This document shows positions 27,337 to 39,158 of a DNA stretch of 64,000 nucleotides, piece by piece. The notes beneath the pieces were generated by a model. It was not told the origin of the DNA and did not search any database. It saw only the letters and a program-made list of their open reading frames with translations. The first letter of the stretch is position 1, and every line of letters begins with the position of its first letter. The stretch lies in the NCBI RefSeq assembly GCF_902652985.1, contig NC_047033.1:26102001-26166000 (forward strand), written 5' to 3'. A program made the translations under genes and the position numbers. Source of the DNA: Pecten maximus. Taxonomy: Eukaryota.

Positions 27337-30300
27337 GATACATACATTTCTATTAATCACATACATTTCTATTAGTGTTACATACATTTCTATTAGTGAT
27401 ACATACATTTCTATTGGTGATACATACATTTCTATTAGTGATACATACATTTCTATTAGTGATACATACATTTCTATTAGTGATACATACATTTCTATTA
27501 GTGATACATACATTTTTATTGGTGATACATACATTTCTATTAGTGATACATACATTTCTATTGGTGATACATACATTTCTATTGGTGATACATACATTTC
27601 TGTTGGTGATACATACATTTCTATTGGTGATACATACATTTCTGTTGGTGATACATACATTTCATTTGGTGTTACATACATTTCTATTGGTGTTACATAC
27701 ATTTATATTGGTGTTACATACATTTCTATTGGTGATACATGAATTTCTATTAGTGATACATACATTTCTATTAGTGATACATACATTTCTATTAGTGATA
27801 CATACATTTCTATTGGTGTTACATACATTTCTATTAGTGGTACATACATTTCTATTGGTGTTACATACATTTCTATTGGTGATACATACATTTCTGTTGG
27901 TGATACATACATTTCTATTGGTGATACATACATTTCTGTTGGTGATACATACATTTCTGTTGGTGATACATACATTTCTATTGGTGATACATACATTTCT
28001 ATTGGTGATACATACATTTCTATTGGTGATACATACATTTCTATTAGTGATACATACATTTATATTGGTGTTACATACATTTCTATTAGTGATACATACA
28101 TTTCTATTGGTGATACATACATTTCTATTGGTGTTACATACATTTCTGTTGGTGATACATACATTTCTATTGGTGATACATACAATTCTATTGGTGATAC
28201 ATACATTTCTGTTGGTGATACATACATTTCCGTTGGTGTTACATACATTTCTGTTGGTGATACACACATTTCTGTTTGTGATACATTTCTATTGGTGATA
28301 CATACATTTCTATTAGTGATACATACATTTCTATTGGTGTTACATACATTTCTGTTGGTGATACATACATTTCTATTAGTGATACATTTCTATTAGTGAT
28401 ACATACATTTCTATTGGTGATACATACATTTCTATTGATGATACATACATTTCTGTTAGTGATACATTTCTATTAGTGATACATACATTTCTATTAGTGA
28501 TACATACATTTCTATTAGTGATACAAACATTTCTATTGGTGATACATACATTTCTATTAGTGTTACATACATTTCTATTGGTGATACATACATTTCTGTT
28601 AGTGATACATACAGTTCTATTAGTGATACATTTCTATTAGTGATACATACATTTCTATTGGTGATACATTTCTATTAGTGATACATACATTTCTATTAGT
28701 GATACATACATTTCTATTAGTGATACATACATTTCTATTGGTGATACATACATTTCTATTGGTGATACATACATTTCTGTTGGTGATACATACATTTCTA
28801 TTGGTGATACATACATTTCTGTTGGTGATACATACATTTCATTTGGTGTTACATACATTTCTATTGGTGTTACATACATTTATATTGGTGTTACATACAT
28901 TTCTATTGGTGATACATGAATTTCTATTAGTGATACATACATTTCTATTAGTGATACATACATTTCTGTTGGTGATACATACATTTCTATTGGTGTTACA
29001 TACATTTCTATTGGTGATACATACATTTCTGTTGGTGATACATACATTTCTATTGGTGATACATACATTTCTGTTGGTGATACATACATTTCTGTTGGTG
29101 ATACATACATTTCTATTGGTGATACATACATTTCTATTGGTGATACATACATTTCTATTGGTGATACATACATTTCTATTAGTGATACATACATTTATAT
29201 TGGTGTTACATACATTTCTATTAGTGATACATACATTTCTATTGGTGATACATACATTTCTATTGGTGTTACATACATTTCTGTTGGTGATACATACATT
29301 TCTATTGGTGATACATACATTTCTATTGGTGTTACATACATTTCTGTTGGTGATACATACATTTCTATTGGTGATACATACATTTCCGTTGGTGTTACAT
29401 ACATTTCTGTTGGTGATACACACATTTCTGTTTGTGATACATTTCTATTGGTGATACATACATTTCTATTAGTGATACATACATTTCTATTGGTGTTACA
29501 TACATTTCTGTTGGTGATACATACATTTCTATTAGTGATACATTTCTATTAGTGATACATACATTTCTATTGGTGATACATACATTTCTATTAGTGTTAC
29601 ATACATTTCTATTGGTGATACATACATTTCTGTTAGTGATACATACAGTTCTATTAGTGATACATTTCTATTAGTGATACATACATTTCTATTGGTGATA
29701 CATTTCTATTAGTGATACATACATTTCTATTAGTGATACATACATTTCTATTAGTGATACATACATTTCTATTGGTGATACATACATTTCTATTGATGAT
29801 ACATACATTTCTATTAGTGATACAAACATTTCTATTGGTGATACATACATTTCTATTGGTGATACATACATTTCTATTAGTGTTACATACATTTCTATTA
29901 GTGATACATACATTTCTATTGGTGATACATACATTTCTATTAGTGATACATACATTTCTATTAGTGATACATACATTTCTATTGGTGATACATACATTTC
30001 TATTAGTGATACAAACATTTCTATTAGTGATACATACATTTCTATTAGTGATACATACATTTCTATTAGTGATACAAACATTTCTATTAGTGATACATAC
30101 ATTTCTATTAGTGATACATACATTTCTATTGGTGATACATACATTTCTATTAGTGATACAAACATTTCTATTAGTGATACATACATTTCTATTGGTGTTA
30201 CATACATTTCTGTTGGTGATACATACATTTCTATTAGTGATACATTTCTATTAGTGATACATACATTTCTATTAGTGATACAAACATTTCTATTAGTGAT

Positions 30301-32574
30301 ACATTTCTATTAGTGATACATACATTTCTATTGGTGATACATACATTTCTATTGGTGATACATACATTTCTATTAGTGATACATTTCTATTAGTGATACA
30401 TACATTTCTATTAGTGATACAAACATTTCTATTAGTGATACATTTCTATTAGTGATACATACATTTCTATTGGTGATACATACATTTCTATTAGTGATAC
30501 ATACATTTCTATTGGTGATACATACATTTCTATTAGTGATACATACATTTCTATTAGTGATACATACATTTCTATTGGTGATACATACATTTCTATTAGT
30601 GATACAAACATTTCTATTGGTGATACATACATTTCTATTGGTGATACATACATTTCTATTGGTGATACATACATTTCTATTAGTGATACATTTCTATTAG
30701 TGATACATACATTTCTATTAGTGATACAAACATTTCTATTAGTGATACATACATTTCTATTAGTGATACAAACATTTCTATTAGTGATACATTTCTATTA
30801 GTGATACATACATTTTTATTGGTGATACATACATTTCTATTAGTGATACATACATTTCTATTGGTGATACATACATTTCTATTGATGATACATACATTTC
30901 TGTTAGTGATACATTTCTATTAGTGATACATACATTTCTATTAGTGATACATACATTTCTATTAGTGATACAAACATTTCTATTGGTGATACATACATTT
31001 CTATTAGTGTTACATACATTTCTATTGGTGATACATACATTTCTGTTAGTGATACATACAGTTCTATTAGTGATACATTTCTATTAGTGATACATACATT
31101 TCTATTGGTGATACATTTCTATTAGTGATACATACATTTCTATTAGTGATACATACATTTCTATTAGTGATACATACATTTCTATTGGTGATACATACAT
31201 TTCTATTGATGATACATACATTTCTATTAGTGATACAAACATTTCTATTGGTGATACATACATTTCTATTGGTGATACATACATTTCTATTAGTGTTACA
31301 TACATTTCTATTAGTGATACATACATTTCTATTGGTGATACATACATTTCTATTAGTGATACATACATTTCTATTAGTGATACATACATTTCTATTGGTG
31401 ATACATACATTTCTATTAGTGATACAAACATTTATATTGGTGATACATACATTTCTATTGGTGATACATACATTTCTATTGGTGATACATACATTTCTAT
31501 TAGTGATACATTTCTATTAGTGATACATACATTTCTATTGGTGATACAAACATTTCTATTAGTGATACATTTCTATTAGTGATACATACATTTCTATTGG
31601 TGATACATACATTTCTATTGGTGATACATACATTTCTATTAGTGATACATTTCTATTAGTGATACATACATTTCTATTAGTGATACAAACATTTCTATTA
31701 GTGATACATTTCTATTAGTGATACATACATTTCTATTGGTGATACATACATTTCTATTAGTGATACATACATTTCTATTGGTGATACATACATTTCTATT
31801 AGTGTTACATACTTTTCTTTTGGTGATACATACATTTCTATTAGTGATACATACATTTCTATTAGTGATACATACATTTCTATTAGTGATACATACATTT
31901 CTATTGGTGATACATACATTTCTATTAGTGATACATACATTTCTATTAGTAAAACATACATTTCTATTAGTGATACATACATTTCTATTAGTGATACATA
32001 CATTTCTATTGGTGATACAGACATTTCTATTGGTGTTACATATATTTCTATTAGTGATACATACATTTCTATTAGTGATATATACATTTCTATTAGTGAT
32101 ACATACATTTCTATTGGTGGTACATACATTTCTATTAGTGATACATACATTTCTATTGGTGGTACATACATTTCTATTAGTGATACATACATTTCTATTA
32201 GTGTTACATACATTTCTATTGGTGATACATACATTTCTATTGGTGGTACATACATTTCTATTAGTGATACATACATTTCTATTAGTAAAACATACATTTC
32301 TAGTGGTGGTACATACATTTCTATTAGTGATACATACATTTTTATTGGTGTAACATACATTTCTATTAGTGATACATACATTTCTATTGGTGTTACATAC
32401 ATTTCTATTGGTGTTACATACATTTCTATTAGTGATAAATACATTTCTATTAGTGATACATACATTTCTATTAGTGATACATACATTTCTATTAGTGATA
32501 CATACATTTCTATTAGTGATACATACATTTCTATTGGTGTTACATACATTTCTATTAGTGATACATACATTTCT
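27337..32574. repeat. 21-bp minisatellite (left arm, interrupted by DIRS)
   Basis: catacatttctatt(a/g)gtgata, with 17-bp deletion variants and ~1.2- and ~1.4-kb higher-order duplications. Confidence 0.98.
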
Positions 32575-32731
32575 TTTCATTTCAGTAATAATTACCATAA
32601 CTTTAGTATGCATATTCATCACTTACACCCATCTTTGTATCCCCAAAAAACAAGATTCAAAAATCCCGCCCTCCCTACCGTCACGTGACCTGTATCTTAA
32701 TGATTACGCAACAGAGTGATCTCCCATCCTC
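32575..32731 (+). repeat. DIRS left inverted terminal repeat
   Basis: 32592-32731 is the reverse complement of 39159-39298 (no mismatch seen by eye). The unique 5' tip TTTCATTTCAGTAATAA is complementary to the ICR. Confidence 0.95.
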
Positions 32732-33171
32732 TTTCCTTTATGGCGCTTGCTGATAGCTGACGGCTCATAGTTTGTGGATATCCCGACATTGTTATTTAGC
32801 TGTTTGTTTTGACTATTTGGTCAAATTTTGGCAACGCTTGTTTGCTTTTTGCCCATCTCCCCTTTTGTGTTGAGTTACATACATTTTGTATATACATATT
32901 TTTGTTTTGTGCCGTTTTCGGCCGGTGTTTACATTCCACGTGTGCGGGCGGTGTACCACGTGGTCCGCCATTGTTTTGCAGTCGCTGTCGTTTGTAAATC
33001 GCCGGTCTTTGTTCGGCCGTTTGTAGCAGTTTTTCGTTGTTTTTTTTTGACATCGTTCCTGTTTTACACTGCATGTAAAGTTCATTCTTGTTTACGTACG
33101 TTGTATGTTTTAGTTTGTTTTTTACGTGTTTGTTGTTTTTTGAATACAAACGTCGTGTGCTAGTAGGTAGT

Positions 33172-34395
33172 ATGTCTCGTTCGGGACTACGACGGGGTTC
33201 GTCTCATGAGCGTTCCTATCTCTACGGAGAACGGGATTCTAATGAGATATGTTCCCTTGATCGTTCCGGTCATGAGGATTTGCCGTGCGTTACTACTCAG
33301 GACGAACCTCATGACGGGGTTTCTCTAGCACCTGGGCGACCCTCTTCTTCCCGTAGGAAGGATTCGTCTTTATCTTCCGGCAAGAGAGGGAAGCATGTTA
33401 AGAATGTTGCTCCCGGCTCTGAGTCGGTTGTCAACTCTGTTGTTCCTATCTCGGGAGCTCCCGTGTCGTCGGGTTCTTCTCGTGACGGGAGGGTGGTCCT
33501 TCCCATTCAGGAACTCCCTGGAGTAGGGGAGGGACATCCCGACCCTGGTTTAACTCTGCCCAGGGTCGAATTGGCTGACAATTCCCGTAAGCTTTCGAGC
33601 TTGCCTTTGGGTAGGGAATTTCAGCCGCCGGTCACTGGTTTGGTCAGTGATCTCGGCAATCCAGGTGGTGTTGTCGATGGGGGCAGTTTTGATGCAGGGC
33701 CTGTTCCTCCGAGTTCAGGTCCAGGGGTTACGGATTTTCTTGCGGGATTGTCCACTTCCACTGGGGTAAGGGATGCGCAGCTGTCTTATTCCTGCATCAA
33801 TTCTGGTCCGGCTTTTCATCCTGGCCAGTTACCCGGCCCTGGTCCTATTAGGTCCAGCCCGGAGTGTGCTGGTTCGGGTTTCCCAGGGGGTGTTCTCCCA
33901 CGGGAGTGTTTTGCTGGACAGGCGACTGGGTTCCAGGCGCCGTTTCCCTCTGGTTCAGGGTATAGGGTTGCCTGCGGGCAACCATCCTCGGGCCACCCAA
34001 ACCAGCCTGCGGATGGTTTTGGGTATCGTCAGCATCCCGGCAGTTGCGGGCCTAGCCCGCACATGTCCGGGTTTCCACCTGGTGGGAGTGGTGGTCCACC
34101 CATGTCTTTCGGACTGGGTGGCCAGCCCCAGTCTCAGGCGGGTCAGTTTGACCAGTTCTGGGGTCACTCCCAACCCGCGGGACCTTTTCCATTTCCTCAG
34201 GGATATGGTTTTAACCCTATGGCTTTTCCTGCTTGGAACCCTTGGGGTTTGGTCTCCCCCTCACGGAGACGTTTTGGCAGTTCCGCTGACCCCCTCCAGC
34301 GCTCTGCTTCTTCGGGGGCCACTGTGGCCGGTCCTAAGAAGGTTTGCCGCACCGTGCGGACTCGTTTGTCTCCGGGTCCAAGGGCAGGGCTGTGA
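33172..34395 (+). CDS. gag: DIRS ORF1 N-terminal part (Gly/Pro/Ser-rich, low complexity)
   Basis: Long ORF from ATG 33172 at the ORF1 position of the element. It overlaps the next ORF by ~55 nt in another frame. Confidence 0.65.
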   Translation: MSRSGLRRGSSHERSYLYGERDSNEICSLDRSGHEDLPCVTTQDEPHDGVSLAPGRPSSSRRKDSSLSSGKRGKHVKNVAPGSESVVNSVVPISGAPVSSGSSRDGRVVLPIQELPGVGEGHPDPGLTLPRVELADNSRKLSSLPLGREFQPPVTGLVSDLGNPGGVVDGGSFDAGPVPPSSGPGVTDFLAGLSTSTGVRDAQLSYSCINSGPAFHPGQLPGPGPIRSSPECAGSGFPGGVLPRECFAGQATGFQAPFPSGSGYRVACGQPSSGHPNQPADGFGYRQHPGSCGPSPHMSGFPPGGSGGPPMSFGLGGQPQSQAGQFDQFWGHSQPAGPFPFPQGYGFNPMAFPAWNPWGLVSPSRRRFGSSADPLQRSASSGATVAGPKKVCRTVRTRLSPGPRAGL

Positions 34396-35675
34396 CTTCT
34401 AAGTCTAAGCCTGCAGCCACGGTTGTTAGGCGATCTGCACCTAAACGCCGTTTTGTGGAGCCCCTTCAGGATTCTCCTGAATTGGTTCCTATGGCTGGCC
34501 CGTTCCATGCAGTCGAGACTTCATGTCCCGCTAGTGTGGAGGCTATGGACTGTGAGGACGCGGGTATGGCAGATGAGGAGGATGTCGTTCATCTCTCTCC
34601 TGGGTGCTCGGACATAGACGCTGGTCTGTCCGGGTCGTCTGATGACGATCCTCTAGGTGGGGATTCCCAGGATGAGGGTGACCCTGAGGCTGCTGAGGCT
34701 GAGGCCCAGCACGTCTTGTCCGGTATGCGGGCCCTTAGGGCCGACGTTTCCCGGATTCTCGGGGAGAAGGTTTGCCCACCTCCTTCTGCGTCATCTATCC
34801 CGGAGTCCACCACCCTTTTGGGTTCCTTGGTGGCTCCTAGAGCATCCGCCCAGTCGGACCGCTCTCTGCCAGAAGGCACTATTGTGTCTTCAGCTCTGGC
34901 CACTGCCCAGTCACGGGTTCTGGAGAAGAATTCGTCTTCAACCCGTACGCCTGGGTTTGCTGGGTTGCAGCTCAGTGTTGGTGACCTGTCTGAGGTTCAT
35001 CCCTCTGACTATGCCACACATGATGGCCTGCTTGTTTCTCAACCAGCTAGACTGGAATCGAGAGAGCTGGCGGCTTGGCCCGGTAAGTCAGTGGATCAGG
35101 TGGTGTTTGGATCTAAAGAGCACCACAAGATGGAGAGACTGCTGCGTCTTTCCATCCAGATTCTGTCATATATAGACTTTCTGACAGTTTGTCTGTATAG
35201 GGTTTCCGATGTGCCTGAGGGTCGGATTTCCGAGACAGAACAGGCCGACATCCAGGACAGGATGACCTCTGCCCTGAACGGGGCATTGAGAGCTCTGGCA
35301 GCCTTGCAGGTGTCTTTGCTGGTCAATGTCTTGTTGGCTAGGCGTTTTTCAGTTTTGAAAAACCGCCCGGTCGATGAACCTTACCGCTCCCGGTTGTTGA
35401 CTGCCCCCTTCTCTGGGTCCACTCTTTTTGGAGGGTCCCTTCCTTCTGTTCAGAAGGATTTGAAGGAGGACTCAGTCGCCTCAGCACTTTTGGTGAAGAG
35501 GATTCAGGCTGAGAAGGCCCGCACCTCGCAGGGGTCAGCGCCTCCTAAGAAGAAGGCAAAACCTTCGGCTACGCAAACTTTTGCTCAGCCAAAGGCGAAG
35601 CCTTCCTTCAAGGGCAACAAAGGGAAAGGTAAGAAAGGGAAGAACCCTCCTGGGGGTAAGAAGAAGAGTTCCTGA
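34344..35675 (+). CDS. gag: DIRS ORF1 C-terminal part (gag-like protein)
   Basis: 443-aa ORF with an acidic patch, a helical core, an LLTAPFSGSTLFG segment resembling DIRS gag C-termini, and a Lys-rich basic tail. It lies upstream of pol. Confidence 0.8.
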   Translation: MPHRADSFVSGSKGRAVTSKSKPAATVVRRSAPKRRFVEPLQDSPELVPMAGPFHAVETSCPASVEAMDCEDAGMADEEDVVHLSPGCSDIDAGLSGSSDDDPLGGDSQDEGDPEAAEAEAQHVLSGMRALRADVSRILGEKVCPPPSASSIPESTTLLGSLVAPRASAQSDRSLPEGTIVSSALATAQSRVLEKNSSSTRTPGFAGLQLSVGDLSEVHPSDYATHDGLLVSQPARLESRELAAWPGKSVDQVVFGSKEHHKMERLLRLSIQILSYIDFLTVCLYRVSDVPEGRISETEQADIQDRMTSALNGALRALAALQVSLLVNVLLARRFSVLKNRPVDEPYRSRLLTAPFSGSTLFGGSLPSVQKDLKEDSVASALLVKRIQAEKARTSQGSAPPKKKAKPSATQTFAQPKAKPSFKGNKGKGKKGKNPPGGKKKSS

Positions 35676-37878
35676 CTCTCTTCTACCCTCCTTGGTCCTT
35701 TCAGACGAGGAGTTTGTACGGGAGGAGTGCAGTCCTCCCGTTTCAGATTCCGGTCCGTCTCTCGCAGGATTAGGATCAGGCTTGGCAGACGACTCTCTTG
35801 CTTGGCAAGGGCTCGATCTGCCACGGCCAGATCTTCCTGTGGGGGGACGTCTATCCGCCTTCCTCCCAGAGTGGAGGGAGATCACGGAGGACGCCTGGGC
35901 CTTGTCTGTGGTCAAGGAGGGGCTAGGCATTCCGCTTTTGCGGGATCCGCCGTTAGCGTCAAGGCCAATCTTTTTTCCTCCTCCCGGGGATCCAGGAAAG
36001 GCTTTGGCTCTCCAGGAGGAAGTAGGGACCATGCTTGTCAAGGGCGCGGTCGAGGAGGTACCTTTGGCGGAGTGCACCCCCGGCTTCTATTCCAGAATGT
36101 TTCTGGTACGGAAAAAGTCCGGGGCGTGGCGCCCGATCATAGATCTAAGTGCCTTCAACAGGCACGTAGATTCTCCTCACTTCAAGATGGAGACTCCTCG
36201 GGGCATAATCGCCTCCGTGAGAGATGGAATGTGGGCCACTTCAATAGATTTGAAGGATGCCTACTTCCACATCCCCATCAAGAAGTCGGCACGGAAGTTC
36301 CTCCGGTTCACTTGCAACGGGAAGGTCTTTCAGTTCCGGGCCATGCCATTCGGGCTCACGACTGCACCTTTGGTGTTTACCAAGCTGCTGCAGGTGGTCG
36401 TGGGATTCCTGCATTCTCGGGGAATAGATGTTCACATCTATTTCGACGATTCCCTCATGCTTCACCTAGTGAGGAGATCCTTGTTGCAGGACACCCGATT
36501 GGTCCTGAAACTCTTCCTAAAGGTCGGTTTCATTCCATCCAGGGAGAAGTCGGAGGTGACCCCATCTCAGGATTTCGTTTTCCTGGGAAACCGTTTCAAC
36601 ACGGTTCAGGGCATTGCCCTTCCACCAATGGAGAAGTTCGAGAAAGCCAGGGATCTCGCCCTGACTTTCATCGGCTGGTCTCGGGTCCAGGTGCGTTGGT
36701 TTCTCAGTTTCCTGGGATTTCTCAACTCCCTGGCAGATGTGGTCCCCTTGGGGAGACTTCACATCAGACCTCTCCAGATGTTCCTTCTTGGCAATTGGGT
36801 CCCTTCGTCAAGGGACTGGGAAGCTTGGATTCCTCTGGACCAGTCGGTCAAGGAGTTTGCCCGTTGGTGGACCCTTCAGGACAACGTTCTCCGTGGGGTT
36901 CCTTTGTCCAAGCCCGTTCCCACTATGACCCTGTTCACGGATGCTTCCATGACGGGTTGGGGGGCGTACCTCGACGGGCATTGCCGGTCGGGGGAGTGGT
37001 CTGGGGAACAGCTCTCCGAGCACATCAACGTGCTCGAGATGAGGTCTGTTCTATTGGCATTGCAGTCTCTTCGGGGGATCTTGCAATCCAAGGTGATTTG
37101 TGTGGCTACGGACAACTCAACAGTTGTCGCGTATCTGGAGAGGCAGGGGGGTACCAGGTCCCACATCCTGTGTGCCCTCGCTATCCGTGTTCTTCTTCTG
37201 TGCCAGGAGATGCAATTAACTATCCTTGTCAAGCATCTTCCGGGCAGATTGAATGTGTTGGCGGATACTCTGTCCAGGCGCCGCCAACCGGTGTTGACGG
37301 AATGGCAACTGAATCCTTCGATTTTCGAGGGAGTCTGTCAGGTGTGGGACAGACCTCACATAGATCTGTTCGCCACATCCCTGAACAATCAGTTGCCAAC
37401 GTTTGTCTCTCCGGTTCCAGATCCGAGGGCTTGGGCCGTGGACGCTCTATCTCTGGACTGGGAGGGGATGCATGCTTATGCATTCCCCCCCTTCAATTTG
37501 GTGGGCAGGGTGTTGCAGAAGTTTCGGAAGCATCATTGCTCCCTGCTCCTGATAGCACCCCTGTGGCCGAGGCAGCCTTGGTTTCCGGAGCTTTTGTCGT
37601 TTCTGGTGGAAGATCCTCTGATTCTCCCACTCAGAACGAATCTCCTTCGCCAGCCTCGGTCCAGGACGATGCACTCTCGTCCAGAGATACTCCACCTTCA
37701 CGCGTGGAGGCTATCTCAGGAGGCCTCGCTCAGGCGGGCTTTTCTAGAGACGTGTCAGCTCGCATCGCTCGATCGATTAGGTCTTCCTCTTCTGCCGTCT
37801 ACCAATCAAGATGGAAGATTTTCTGTGATTGGTGTGTCGGCAGGAAGGTTGATCCGGTCAAGGCATCTGTACAACTGA
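35581..37878 (+). CDS. pol: Reverse transcriptase / RNase H / DIRS-type N6-adenine methyltransferase-like polyprotein
   Basis: RT motifs FYSRMFLVRKKSGAWRPIIDL, SIDLKDAYFHIPI, QFRAMPFGL and YFDD (36439-36450). RNase H motifs LFTDAS, HINVLE, TDNSTVVAY and NVLADTLSR. MT-like IDLFAT and YAFPP. The true start is uncertain. Confidence 0.96.
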   Translation: MLSQRRSLPSRATKGKVRKGRTLLGVRRRVPDSLLPSLVLSDEEFVREECSPPVSDSGPSLAGLGSGLADDSLAWQGLDLPRPDLPVGGRLSAFLPEWREITEDAWALSVVKEGLGIPLLRDPPLASRPIFFPPPGDPGKALALQEEVGTMLVKGAVEEVPLAECTPGFYSRMFLVRKKSGAWRPIIDLSAFNRHVDSPHFKMETPRGIIASVRDGMWATSIDLKDAYFHIPIKKSARKFLRFTCNGKVFQFRAMPFGLTTAPLVFTKLLQVVVGFLHSRGIDVHIYFDDSLMLHLVRRSLLQDTRLVLKLFLKVGFIPSREKSEVTPSQDFVFLGNRFNTVQGIALPPMEKFEKARDLALTFIGWSRVQVRWFLSFLGFLNSLADVVPLGRLHIRPLQMFLLGNWVPSSRDWEAWIPLDQSVKEFARWWTLQDNVLRGVPLSKPVPTMTLFTDASMTGWGAYLDGHCRSGEWSGEQLSEHINVLEMRSVLLALQSLRGILQSKVICVATDNSTVVAYLERQGGTRSHILCALAIRVLLLCQEMQLTILVKHLPGRLNVLADTLSRRRQPVLTEWQLNPSIFEGVCQVWDRPHIDLFATSLNNQLPTFVSPVPDPRAWAVDALSLDWEGMHAYAFPPFNLVGRVLQKFRKHHCSLLLIAPLWPRQPWFPELLSFLVEDPLILPLRTNLLRQPRSRTMHSRPEILHLHAWRLSQEASLRRAFLETCQLASLDRLGLPLLPSTNQDGRFSVIGVSAGRLIRSRHLYN

Positions 37879-38777
37879 TTGCTGATTTTCTGCTTTGGTT
37901 GTTCAGAGATCGCAATCTTGCCCCGGGCACAATTGCTGGTTATCGTACGGCGATAGCCAGTGTGCTTTCCTTTCAGGGTAGATCAGAGGTGAGCTCATCC
38001 TCTTCTCTATCTGCCCTGATTAGGGGGTTTGGGTTGGACAGACCTAGAATACGGCAGTTGGCTCCTCAATGGAATCTGGCTCTGGTGCTCGATTCTCTGA
38101 CGCGTGCTCCTTATGAGCCTTTGGAGTCGGCCACCTTGAAGTTTCTTACTTTCAAGGTGGTGTTCCTCATCGCCTTGGCTTCTGGTCGTAGGAGAAGTGA
38201 GATCCATGCTTTGTCCTCTCACCCCTCTTGCCTCCGTTGGGCTAGGAACTTTTCTGCCGTGACCCTTCTCACTGATCCTGCCTTTTTGGCTAAGAATCAG
38301 GTTCCTGGTTTCTTGCCTGAGCCTATCAGGATCCCTTCCTTGCAGGGCTCAATGGGTTCTGTGGAGCGGGATAAACTGCTCTGTCCCTGTCGGGCACTTA
38401 GGTTTTACCTTGAGAAAACCAAGGGGGGGCGGGGTACTCGATCCCGGCTTTTCTTGTCCATCAAGCAGGGTCAGCAGGAGATCTCCTCCCAGTCCATTTC
38501 CAGATGGATCTGTCAGGTTATCAAGTTTGCTTATGACCATTCTGATGATCAGGTTCAGGCTCGTTACAAGGTGAGAGCTCATGAGGTTAGGGCCCTTGCT
38601 ACATCATGGGCTCTTCTCAATGGCTCCTCCTTTCAGGATGTCATGTCCGCTGCCTTCTGGCGTGGGCAGAATACCTTTACAGATTTTTATCTCCGGTCAT
38701 TGGCTTCGCATTCAGATGGGTTGTACTCTCTTGGTCCGGTGGTGGTGGCACAGTCTGTGGCTGTGCCTCCACAGTAA
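35727..38777 (+). CDS. Tyrosine recombinase ORF (YR domain in the C-terminal ~350 aa; the upstream part overlaps pol)
   Basis: SAM-like region (WKIFCDWC, TIAGYRTAI) and the catalytic signature SGRRRSEI, LCPCRAL, HEVR, AAFW, FTDFY. The start is uncertain. Confidence 0.93.
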   Translation: MQSSRFRFRSVSRRIRIRLGRRLSCLARARSATARSSCGGTSIRLPPRVEGDHGGRLGLVCGQGGARHSAFAGSAVSVKANLFSSSRGSRKGFGSPGGSRDHACQGRGRGGTFGGVHPRLLFQNVSGTEKVRGVAPDHRSKCLQQARRFSSLQDGDSSGHNRLRERWNVGHFNRFEGCLLPHPHQEVGTEVPPVHLQREGLSVPGHAIRAHDCTFGVYQAAAGGRGIPAFSGNRCSHLFRRFPHASPSEEILVAGHPIGPETLPKGRFHSIQGEVGGDPISGFRFPGKPFQHGSGHCPSTNGEVRESQGSRPDFHRLVSGPGALVSQFPGISQLPGRCGPLGETSHQTSPDVPSWQLGPFVKGLGSLDSSGPVGQGVCPLVDPSGQRSPWGSFVQARSHYDPVHGCFHDGLGGVPRRALPVGGVVWGTALRAHQRARDEVCSIGIAVSSGDLAIQGDLCGYGQLNSCRVSGEAGGYQVPHPVCPRYPCSSSVPGDAINYPCQASSGQIECVGGYSVQAPPTGVDGMATESFDFRGSLSGVGQTSHRSVRHIPEQSVANVCLSGSRSEGLGRGRSISGLGGDACLCIPPLQFGGQGVAEVSEASLLPAPDSTPVAEAALVSGAFVVSGGRSSDSPTQNESPSPASVQDDALSSRDTPPSRVEAISGGLAQAGFSRDVSARIARSIRSSSSAVYQSRWKIFCDWCVGRKVDPVKASVQLIADFLLWLFRDRNLAPGTIAGYRTAIASVLSFQGRSEVSSSSSLSALIRGFGLDRPRIRQLAPQWNLALVLDSLTRAPYEPLESATLKFLTFKVVFLIALASGRRRSEIHALSSHPSCLRWARNFSAVTLLTDPAFLAKNQVPGFLPEPIRIPSLQGSMGSVERDKLLCPCRALRFYLEKTKGGRGTRSRLFLSIKQGQQEISSQSISRWICQVIKFAYDHSDDQVQARYKVRAHEVRALATSWALLNGSSFQDVMSAAFWRGQNTFTDFYLRSLASHSDGLYSLGPVVVAQSVAVPPQ

Positions 38778-38994
38778 TCTGTAGGGTTTTTTAATTTATC
38801 ATGCGATCAGGCATCACAATGGTACACCTGCTCTGCATACGCGGAGGTAGTTGCCATTTTTTAATCATTGTCGGCAAAAATTGGGGGGTTCTTGAACCTA
38901 TTTATCTCCCTACCTACCTGGAGTTGCGTCTGGGTTGCTGTGCCGTCGTTATGGGCTGCCTGGCTTCGAGTCTCCACTACGGTAAGACGAATTC

Positions 38995-39086
38995 GCATAC
39001 TAAAGTTATGGTAATTATTACTGAAATGAAATTGAGGTTTTTAAAGTAAAACCAATTTTCATGAGGTAATACTTACCATAACTTTA
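38995..39086 (+). other. DIRS internal complementary region (ICR)
   Basis: The first half is complementary to the element's left tip and the second half to its right tip. The reverse complement spells the circle junction ...cctcaa|tttcatttcag... Confidence 0.93.
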
Positions 39087-39158
39087 TGGAGTCCCACCCT
39101 TTTATTCCTCCCCTTAACTCATTATCCTGGCTGCCCATGTGGCTCCATAAAGGTTTTT

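Noticed and set aside
2325-32719. Numerous repetitive ORFs (e.g. LLVIHTF, KYRLQGM, CITNRNV repeats)
   Set aside because: These are translations of stop-free minisatellite units, open in several frames and on both strands, with no sign of real genes.
33309-38582. Minus-strand and short alternative-frame ORFs in the DIRS body
   Set aside because: Expected by chance in GC-rich coding DNA, and no motifs were recognised.
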